Of a DNA stretch of 64,000 nucleotides, positions 56,729 through 64,000 are shown in pieces. Below the pieces are notes generated by a model. It saw only the letters and a program-made list of their open reading frames with translations. It searched no databases and was not told where the DNA came from. The position numbers and the translations under genes are program-made. Location of the stretch: IMG/VR virus record IMGVR_UViG_3300031652_000001. The stretch is one strand, 5' to 3'. How positions within the stretch are numbered: position 1 is the first letter of the stretch; the number at the start of each line of letters is the position of its first letter. The stretch comes from a virus.

Positions 56729-56871
56729 CGCCTTCCTCCATCATCCAGTATAAAAACCACAAAAACTTTTTTGGACTCACCAAAAAGAAGAACATGAGAC
56801 CAACTGATACTGGTAACACTCGCTCCAGTATCAGTTGGATAATTCGAAAAAGAAATAGATGGAACAGACAT
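56719..56871 (-). pseudogene. truncated 50-aa structural-gene remnant containing a perfect inverted repeat
   Basis: MSVPSISF...TSISWSHV...KVFVVF; GAGG RBS; 14-bp IR at 56800-56813/56825-56838. Confidence 0.45.
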
Positions 56872-56878
56872 AAAACCT

Positions 56879-59671
56879 CTATACAGCAAAAACGTCACTT
56901 ATTGATGCATAGTATGCACTACCACTGTAGTAAACAGTGACAATCTTCCTTTCATATGCAAGTATAGAAAACGGTGGCCCTGCATTATCCCAATACCATG
57001 TCGCCGGAAAATAAACCGAGACAGAACTAGTTGCATAAAACCTGATCTGAAATTTTCCTGGATATAAAGGAGCCGTTACTGTCCAAGAGTTGATGCTCGT
57101 ACTTGTCCCACAATAGAAAAAGTTGTTGTCATTGAAGTCGATTGCACAATCATTCGAAACAACACTTAAAGCTGTTTCAGCTGTTGAACCAAAAAAAGCC
57201 GATCCTTCATTAACAAGGATTGGACCACCTTCAAATTGAAGGTGGCCACTCCCAATATTTATCTCAGCATATGTTGTATCCCTGTGAATTTGTATCCACT
57301 GGGTATTATCTGTATCAGGATCTGTCTGACTAAACAAATAAATCGATGGAGAAGACATCGTATCAAGTCGGTCATGATCCTTCGCGTAATTTGCATCAGT
57401 AGTGAGAATCAAGTTGTAATTTATAGAACTTGAAAAAGCCCAATGGAAACCATCATCCGTATATGAACTCATCGTTGATGTAGTTCCACTTGAATATATA
57501 AAATTTAAATATTCAGTAAGGGAACTAGAAACCTTTATCGTAAGCGTACCGTCTATCTCGACATCAGCCTCAAATAAAGACGCCGTTTCAGCCCACAGAC
57601 CAGTATCCTCAAGACGAAGATGATCTCCAGTTTGAACTTTTATGTTCAAATCAGAGTAACTATCTATATACATTCGAGCATAAATATCGTTATCGACACT
57701 CGGATCTGAATTTCCAAAAATGTACAAAGCTGGAGAATTGTACGACGTACTTATTCCATGAGTCTGACCAACATAATCGTATTTCACAAAAGCAAAAACG
57801 TTCCGATGTTGAGCAGCAAGGTGCAATCCATCATCCAAGCTCTTGTCAAATTGAGCAATCTGTGTCGTACCATTATACAGCTTATATGCATCTGAAATTA
57901 CCTGAGTCCCTACTTCAAGAGAACCATCTATATAGACATCACCTTGAGCCGAAGCGAAATCAGGAGTCGCAATTGTTCCAAGTTTTATATATCCAGAACC
58001 AGTATTTATAACAGCAGCTGGAATCGTAGAGTCATACATAAAGTACATATATTGTGTATTATCAGTATCAACACTGGTCGATCCATATACGAAAACATGA
58101 ACTGTATCGTCCGCAATACCTTGATCATGATCCCTTGGGTAATTACCCAAGGTCGTGAACATTATGTGATTATTACCACTGCTCGCATCAACACCTGGAG
58201 AAATATGGATACCATCATCATACTCAAAACCAACTTTTAAAGCCTCATTAGTATTGTTACGACCAACAAACCATGGAACATCTCCAGCAATAGAAACGCT
58301 AAGGGCTCCACTAGAACTCGCATCATCACAATCTATGTTCAAACCATACCCACCCGTTGAGCTTGGAACAGTAAGAACAATCGTACCATTTATCGTATTT
58401 CCATTATCATGAGCCGACTGCAAAGATTGATTTCCAGCAGTATAAATCGCACCCAATAATGAAACACCATCTCCAAATCTTGTTACATAATTCGACCATT
58501 CTGTGCTCGAAGAGGCAAACCTAAAAGGATTCGTATAAGTAGAAGAACCCTTATATTGATCAGTGAAGAGAAGAGTACTATCTCCACCAATTGTCGTGGT
58601 ACTGCTCGAACTACCAGAAGCGCCAACCGAAACCGTTGCCGCATACGAAGAATTCGCAGATGCAGAAATAGTGAGATCAGCCGCAGCACCAGCCGACTGA
58701 GATAAAACGTTCACCGTAGATGTAAAGACACCTGTCGTTTCGGCACTCATATTCAGAGTCGGCGTACCGGCCCCTGAAGCCTTCAACGTAACATCTGATG
58801 TACCACCAGCCGTTCCAGCTGTGTCGGCCTGTAGAACCAGTGCAGTTGCCCCTCCAGGGGCTTTTGCCGATACCTCAGCACCAACCGTTTGAGTTGCATC
58901 ACCAGAAGACCGCAAATACAGATCTGCTCCTGTACAGCTCCCAGTGGCCTGAGAAAGAACTGCTACAGAAATTGGAGTAGCAGTAGCCGACCTCGCATTT
59001 TTTAACGAAAAGGAATCATGACTTGCCTCAAGAACAGGAGAACCAGAGTCATAGTAAGACCTATACATCTCTGTTCCAGCTGCCGAGAATCCCAATATCC
59101 CATCACCAGCAAGATACATTCCAGTGTCTTGATCAGCATAAAAACTGTAGCTCGGATCAGCTGCACTCTTTGATCCAATTTTCACACCAGAAATAAAATT
59201 CACAGGATACAGAAAAACTCCCGGATCATCATATCCCCAGCTGTACCCTCCATCAAACAATGAGAGAACCCCATTGATTTTTTCCTCGTATCCACGAGCC
59301 CCATTATATGGACTTTGAGAATTATCCTGGTTTGTCTCATTCAGTGCAGGGAGACTTGCTCCACTGTTTGCGAGTGGAATCCCGAGATACAAAGTTTTTT
59401 TCTGCTCATCTATTCCACCGGCATTAACCGTGAGACGAACAAGATATCCATAGCTGGTCGACAACGTGAATTCACACGTATGACTCGTTGGATTTATCAC
59501 CGTAATTGTCTCACCTGGAGGAGCGCTTATAATCTCCCAAAGATATGACGACTCCGATTTGTTTTGGGCTTCGCACTCCACAACGCCAGCCGAAAGATCC
59601 CTTCTGGCACGATCCCAATAGCTATACCCAACACCAGCTGGTTGATTTATTCTGAATGAAGCTAGAGCCAT
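56879..59671 (-). CDS. long tail fibre protein with three ~125-aa internal repeats
   Basis: 930 aa; PSYSF..D.DTGMY....LGFSAAG; DDG[ILF]H...D.DN repeats. Confidence 0.8.
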   Translation of the reverse strand: MALASFRINQPAGVGYSYWDRARRDLSAGVVECEAQNKSESSYLWEIISAPPGETITVINPTSHTCEFTLSTSYGYLVRLTVNAGGIDEQKKTLYLGIPLANSGASLPALNETNQDNSQSPYNGARGYEEKINGVLSLFDGGYSWGYDDPGVFLYPVNFISGVKIGSKSAADPSYSFYADQDTGMYLAGDGILGFSAAGTEMYRSYYDSGSPVLEASHDSFSLKNARSATATPISVAVLSQATGSCTGADLYLRSSGDATQTVGAEVSAKAPGGATALVLQADTAGTAGGTSDVTLKASGAGTPTLNMSAETTGVFTSTVNVLSQSAGAAADLTISASANSSYAATVSVGASGSSSSTTTIGGDSTLLFTDQYKGSSTYTNPFRFASSSTEWSNYVTRFGDGVSLLGAIYTAGNQSLQSAHDNGNTINGTIVLTVPSSTGGYGLNIDCDDASSSGALSVSIAGDVPWFVGRNNTNEALKVGFEYDDGIHISPGVDASSGNNHIMFTTLGNYPRDHDQGIADDTVHVFVYGSTSVDTDNTQYMYFMYDSTIPAAVINTGSGYIKLGTIATPDFASAQGDVYIDGSLEVGTQVISDAYKLYNGTTQIAQFDKSLDDGLHLAAQHRNVFAFVKYDYVGQTHGISTSYNSPALYIFGNSDPSVDNDIYARMYIDSYSDLNIKVQTGDHLRLEDTGLWAETASLFEADVEIDGTLTIKVSSSLTEYLNFIYSSGTTSTMSSYTDDGFHWAFSSSINYNLILTTDANYAKDHDRLDTMSSPSIYLFSQTDPDTDNTQWIQIHRDTTYAEINIGSGHLQFEGGPILVNEGSAFFGSTAETALSVVSNDCAIDFNDNNFFYCGTSTSINSWTVTAPLYPGKFQIRFYATSSVSVYFPATWYWDNAGPPFSILAYERKIVTVYYSGSAYYASISDVFAV

Positions 59672-59681
59672 GTCATCCTCT

Positions 59682-60158
59682 CTACGTTATGGTACCTATG
59701 ACTTCACCACTCACATGTGGTCCAGTTGTTGTAAAGCTCGTTCCCGAATACCATATCTCAGAAACTTCAACGTTGAAGCCATGAATGGCACATAAAACCT
59801 TATAGGCATTCTCTGTTCCTTTTATGAGACGCCACCTTCCGGCAATCTCTATCTTTGTCCGTTGAAACTCCTCTGGCTCATCTAAATCGGGAACAATGCC
59901 GAAATTCCCCGCTATATACCTGAGTAAATCTGTTCTTGCCGTCCTTGGATCAAGAACATAATCATGAGACCTGTATATCAAATACCTGAGCTGATTGAAC
60001 GATGGCACAAGACATCGAACAAACTTCTCATACCATCCACCATTATCAAGATCTTCTTTCTTCTTATTCTCGGGAAGCTCCTCCCATAAAACCTGATATG
60101 CCCAATCAATCTGGCCAAAAGGTTCATCTCCAAACGGTCCACTTCCAAAGCCGCTCAT
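59682..60158 (-). CDS. baseplate wedge protein, P2 gpI-like (N-terminal part)
   Basis: LDPRTA..DLL.YIA.NFG......E..QR..I........KGT..AY..L....GF.VEV.E. Confidence 0.7.
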   Translation of the reverse strand: MSGFGSGPFGDEPFGQIDWAYQVLWEELPENKKKEDLDNGGWYEKFVRCLVPSFNQLRYLIYRSHDYVLDPRTARTDLLRYIAGNFGIVPDLDEPEEFQRTKIEIAGRWRLIKGTENAYKVLCAIHGFNVEVSEIWYSGTSFTTTGPHVSGEVIGTIT

Positions 60159-60162
60159 TACA

Positions 60163-60582
60163 TCACCCTACGAGATTCCTGAAAACAACATTTGTTCCTC
60201 TTCTCAATGCAAGGAATACTTTGTTGTAATTATCACCAATTGAATCACCAACACTTATTGTGAGAATCTTTGACCCTTCTACTGGCCTTGCAACTTCTAC
60301 GTAAGCAATCTTTCCATCTTCAAACCCTGTCAAAGTGTTCGCAGAAATAGTCATATCTCCACCAGACAATGTCGATAAAAGGTGAAAGTCTTCTGTCCAT
60401 TCCAATGTATCAGCACCACTGTTCAAAGTTATTGTTCCACCACCTGTCAGGACTAAACATGGATTTTCTATTCCAATAAAAACATCAGCATCAATCCTGT
60501 TTATCATAGCCTTGAAAATAGAATACCAATTTGGTTGGTTTTCAGGTGGATACTCATATCCCATTTTGCTTGTTCTTGGCAT
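60163..60582 (-). CDS. virion structural protein, paralogue 2
   Basis: RT....YP......WYS.FK.M...D.D; tandem with 60596-61024. Confidence 0.7.
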   Translation of the reverse strand: MPRTSKMGYEYPPENQPNWYSIFKAMINRIDADVFIGIENPCLVLTGGGTITLNSGADTLEWTEDFHLLSTLSGGDMTISANTLTGFEDGKIAYVEVARPVEGSKILTISVGDSIGDNYNKVFLALRRGTNVVFRNLVG

Positions 60583-60595
60583 TTAACTATCTCCA

Positions 60596-61024
60596 CTATA
60601 AAACAACAACATTGTAAAAACTCGGATGCATAATCAATTCGTTTCCGAATCTTTTCGACACGAAACACCTATTTCTTATTGTTGATAAAGTGCTTTCTAC
60701 AAATAATGTAGATGTAAGCAAATCATCCATCGGTCTCGACATTTCAAGAAAAATAACAGAACCATCCTCTACTCCAGAAACAGAACCCGGATCTATCATC
60801 GTTCTAAAACCAGTTATTAAAGAATAAATCCCTATTTCCTCAGACCATGTAACCGTGTTCTGATTGAGAATCATTTCACCACCGTAAATAATGGTGTTTG
60901 TGAATTCAATTACAGAAAGAATATCAGAATCCATATCCGACATCATGTCCTTGAATAGTGAATACCATCCCTTCTGTTTTCCATCAGGATATGGCCACTT
61001 CAATCTTGTTGTTCGCTGCATCAA
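60596..61024 (-). CDS. virion structural protein, paralogue 1
   Basis: Full-length similarity to 60163-60582. Confidence 0.7.
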   Translation of the reverse strand: MMQRTTRLKWPYPDGKQKGWYSLFKDMMSDMDSDILSVIEFTNTIIYGGEMILNQNTVTWSEEIGIYSLITGFRTMIDPGSVSGVEDGSVIFLEMSRPMDDLLTSTLFVESTLSTIRNRCFVSKRFGNELIMHPSFYNVVVL

Positions 61025-61031
61025 TTACACT

Positions 61032-63746
61032 CTATCCCATCTGAGTGATCGTCACATCCCATTTGGTTATCACTTCATACTGACTGATATACAAATTCCC
61101 ATCCTCATCAACAGAGGGTGGGGTGCCCGTGTTCAAGGTATCATCATAGGCAACTTCTGTAATCTCCGTGTTATGGGATTTCACCCCATCAACACCAGTG
61201 ACAACATCATAGTATTCACTCCTCTTTAGGGCCTCCCCATAGTCCCGACCTTTGAACATCTCATTGACTGCAAGAAGAACCTGATCTGAAACTGTCTGGA
61301 AGACAAACAGATCTTCTATCTCCAGCTCTATCGCCAGCTTTACCTTTACAAGGTAATATTCACCACCAACTACACTGTTCTGAACAGTAATAATTTTCCG
61401 TTCATCAAGATATGTCTTGAGATCTGTTTTAAGTGCTCTTGTAGGAGCTGTATAAAAACCATTCTCATCCAAGGTTAGACAAGAAATTCTGACAATATTT
61501 GCTTTACATGAACTTGAAATAACTTCGTCAAGATATTCTTCAAGCGCATCAAGATCATTCTGTATTTGAGCCGGTATAGATCTCGCCAGACTGGCTTGAG
61601 TCCTGGAGTTCAAAGTCAACGCTTCAATATTATCACAAAGCGTGTCTATGGCACTTACCAGCCCATTAGAGGTAGACACCTGAGAATCAATAGCCGTTCC
61701 ATATCCACTGAAGAGAGCTGTTTCAGTATCGGCAGAGTCTATTTCCGCATCAGCTGTATCCAAAACACCCTGAATACTCTCATTAATGTATTGATACATC
61801 GCAAGTATCGGAACACCATACTTCCCAGATACTCCCTCTGGTGGAGTAGTAGTGAAACTCAAAGATACAGAGCCACTGGTCCAATTCACACTTCCGACTA
61901 TACCTGTGGCAACAATATTTCCAGCACTGTCGCTATAGCCAGATGTCGAGCGAGCAAACACTTCAACAATTAAAGATGTGCCATATATCCTCGAACCGCT
62001 GTACTCTATTTGAGTACTTCCAAGATACTTTTGGATCTGCCTGAGTTGTCCACCTATCCTGATTAGTTTACCAACATCAGTAGATGTGAAACTGCTTGTC
62101 ATGGTCGCTGATAGGCGCCCTGGAGTTGTATCACAGTCCCCATCTGTAGCTGACTTTTCAACGGTCTGACTTCCAACAACGAAAGAAAAAGAACCTGGCT
62201 TGATCGGTTTCATCGCTAAGGTTTTTGAAAACAACATCGTTGTTCCATCACCATATCCGATGACTTCCTGATATGGCAAAAATTCAAGTTGTGTTTTCGC
62301 TAAATCCGTCTGAACTTTTGCCGCCGTATGATAGCCCTGAACTGACGACACCGAACCATCTATCAAAGCTGTCTGATTCGAAATTTCAGCGTTTGCAGAA
62401 ACGATCTGTGAAGTACTATTCCGAATTGTACCAGATGCCGAAGCCAACCCAGTTATAGCATCAATCGAAAACTGATCAGACGAGATCTGGTCAATGTATG
62501 TTTCAAGCTGAGTTTTATCAGCAAGAATATCAGTCAATAAAGACTGGAGCTCAAGATCATCAGCAACTCCTCTTATAATAAATGCATTTGCCTTCGCTAT
62601 CGCACCAGAAGAAGAACTGAAAACACTCGCCAAAGCGTTGTAATCGCCCTTTGTAACGAGACGATCTGCCGCAAGAAAAAAGCGAGGCGCATTCGCTTTT
62701 ATACTATCCACCGATTCACTATCAGAACCACCACGTGCTGGATCAGTATTCGTAACAGAAACAGGTATCTTCTGATAGTTCACAACAATAGGTGTCAAAC
62801 TCTGATTGATTGAACCAGAAATGGCAAGACCAGCCGCCTTTCCTTTCGTGGCTGTATATTGAACCCGTATCTCAGAACCATCAGGAGGAATTTTACCAAT
62901 CACTCCATCACCAAATCGAAGCTGGGGGGGACTCGTCAAATAATAAAGCTCATAGGCTTCCTCGGAACCGTATGGAAGAAAATCCTCTTCTCCCCACTCA
63001 ACAAGATCAACCGTCACAATAGTCTTGTCCTTTGCAACAAACTCACCTGATGGAACTCTTGAAAGATTGAAAGTTTGATTCGGATTTCCATCAGACGTAA
63101 AAACTTCTGTATACGTCTGACCTTGATATATCCCAACAATCTTCGACGTGTCTCCCGCCGGAATCGTCTGTTCTGACCCAAGCTCATATATTTGCCCATT
63201 CGGCCCCTGAAACTGATGATGTATATGAAGAGGGACATCAAAACTATATGGTCCCTCAGTCAAAGTTATCGCGGCATCCGTTGATGCCGCAACAGAAGGC
63301 TGAGGTTTATAACCAAGGTACCTAGCCAACCGAGCAACATTCGATGCAACCCTTGCAAGCTGCATGTAGTGATCATCTACCTCCCTGTCCAGATACCAGC
63401 TCATCGAATCAAGAGACGCACAGATGTATTCAGCTATCATCATAGCTGCATCACTAGACAAGAAATCATTGAAAGAGGTACCCCACCTCTCCTTTATGTA
63501 AGCAATCACCTCATCTAAAAAACTTTGATAATCCTTTGCAGAATACCTCGATTTTGTGAGAGTTATCTCATGCCTCATCGACTCCCTTATCGATGCCCCT
63601 GCCTCTATTTTTTCCCAGTTTGGATAAGAAACATCTGTAGTAGGCAAAGTCTGGATATAGACTCCGTCGAGACCGGTATCGTAATACCGATCCCATTGAG
63701 CTGGACTCGCTGGAGGTGCCGAATATTCAGGAACTGCCAAAATCAT
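61032..63746 (-). CDS. baseplate wedge protein (baseplate J / T4 gp6-like) with long insertion
   Basis: AKDYQS, LA..LGYKP, FGDGVIGKIP, GG.D.ES...IK.NAP, RLVT.GDY. Confidence 0.9.
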   Translation of the reverse strand: MILAVPEYSAPPASPAQWDRYYDTGLDGVYIQTLPTTDVSYPNWEKIEAGASIRESMRHEITLTKSRYSAKDYQSFLDEVIAYIKERWGTSFNDFLSSDAAMMIAEYICASLDSMSWYLDREVDDHYMQLARVASNVARLARYLGYKPQPSVAASTDAAITLTEGPYSFDVPLHIHHQFQGPNGQIYELGSEQTIPAGDTSKIVGIYQGQTYTEVFTSDGNPNQTFNLSRVPSGEFVAKDKTIVTVDLVEWGEEDFLPYGSEEAYELYYLTSPPQLRFGDGVIGKIPPDGSEIRVQYTATKGKAAGLAISGSINQSLTPIVVNYQKIPVSVTNTDPARGGSDSESVDSIKANAPRFFLAADRLVTKGDYNALASVFSSSSGAIAKANAFIIRGVADDLELQSLLTDILADKTQLETYIDQISSDQFSIDAITGLASASGTIRNSTSQIVSANAEISNQTALIDGSVSSVQGYHTAAKVQTDLAKTQLEFLPYQEVIGYGDGTTMLFSKTLAMKPIKPGSFSFVVGSQTVEKSATDGDCDTTPGRLSATMTSSFTSTDVGKLIRIGGQLRQIQKYLGSTQIEYSGSRIYGTSLIVEVFARSTSGYSDSAGNIVATGIVGSVNWTSGSVSLSFTTTPPEGVSGKYGVPILAMYQYINESIQGVLDTADAEIDSADTETALFSGYGTAIDSQVSTSNGLVSAIDTLCDNIEALTLNSRTQASLARSIPAQIQNDLDALEEYLDEVISSSCKANIVRISCLTLDENGFYTAPTRALKTDLKTYLDERKIITVQNSVVGGEYYLVKVKLAIELEIEDLFVFQTVSDQVLLAVNEMFKGRDYGEALKRSEYYDVVTGVDGVKSHNTEITEVAYDDTLNTGTPPSVDEDGNLYISQYEVITKWDVTITQMG

Positions 63747-63749
63747 CTT

Positions 63750-64000
63750 TTAACCCTCCGTCGGTACAGACACCGAAGTATCCTTTCTTACACCCAAATA
63801 AGAATATGCGACTTGAATGTCGACAGGATCATTATCGCTTTCAGCTTCTATGACGTCAACGTTTAGTACGTTTATGACCGGAAGGTGAGCATTCAAAGCA
63901 ATAGTAATTTCACGTCTCGCAAGAGCAACAAGTAATAATCCCTGATTCTCAAAAACAAGACGAATCACTTCACTTCCATGATTGGTGTTCATCTTCCGTT
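63750..64000 (-). CDS. baseplate gp25/GPW-like protein (5' end probably outside the window)
   Basis: M...HGS....LVFE.......ARREI..AL....P.I.V..V; directly upstream of baseplate J. Confidence 0.75.
   Translation of the reverse strand, partial: RKMNTNHGSEVIRLVFENQGLLLVALARREITIALNAHLPVINVLNVDVIEAESDNDPVDIQVAYSYLGVRKDTSVSVPTEG

Noticed and set aside
50749-59671. Diversity-generating retroelement or invertible fibre cassette
   Set aside because: No reverse transcriptase, invertase or TR/VR pair was seen in this window, and all fibre genes are co-oriented.
1-64000. Plus-strand ORFs in the track (e.g. 8491-9180, 29064-29711, 39326-39847)
   Set aside because: They are antisense shadows of well-supported minus-strand genes, with no motifs or RBS.
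1-64000. Stop-codon reassignment
   Set aside because: Conserved genes are full length in code 11, and TAA, TAG and TGA all end genes at coupled junctions.
1-64000. tRNA or rRNA genes
   Set aside because: No cloverleaf with a T-loop consensus was found by eye in the few intergenic gaps; tRNAscan was not run.

Overview
A 64-kb slice of a large tailed phage (myovirus-like, contractile tail; probably with a diderm host). Essentially every credible gene lies on the minus strand, and standard genetic code 11 tiles the window without gaps. In transcription order (right to left): (1) baseplate and tail-fibre module (64.0-50.0 kb); (2) holin/spanin-like membrane genes (50-46.9 kb); (3) a cluster of basic proteins sharing an L-R-x-R-x-Y...[LI]-x-E signal, most likely capsid-packaged cargo (46.9-42.9 kb); (4) small early-type genes, tmk and a putative iteron origin at 37.4-37.7 kb; (5) a replication/recombination block (HTH initiator, DnaC-like loader, intein-containing DnaB, primase, two SSBs, SF2 helicase, RecA, two resolvases, Cas4-like nuclease, GroES, stand-alone TSCPD domain, two ParB-domain genes); (6) Dam-like methylase, ThyX, Gp157, DinG, ASCH, HAD, DEDDh exonucleases and small hypotheticals. 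The strongest non-obvious signals are: (a) four dispersed copies of a promoter (TTG-type -35, 16-nt spacer) fused to a covarying boxB-sized 5'-leader hairpin; (b) the repeated cargo-like peptide signal; (c) a promoter-driven ~90-nt structured RNA that can occlude an RBS; (d) palindromic iterons detached from the initiator gene; (e) a baseplate gpI-like gene apparently split around two fibre genes; (f) SSB-C-terminus-like tails on several replication proteins. All family calls come from motif recognition by eye; no database search was run.
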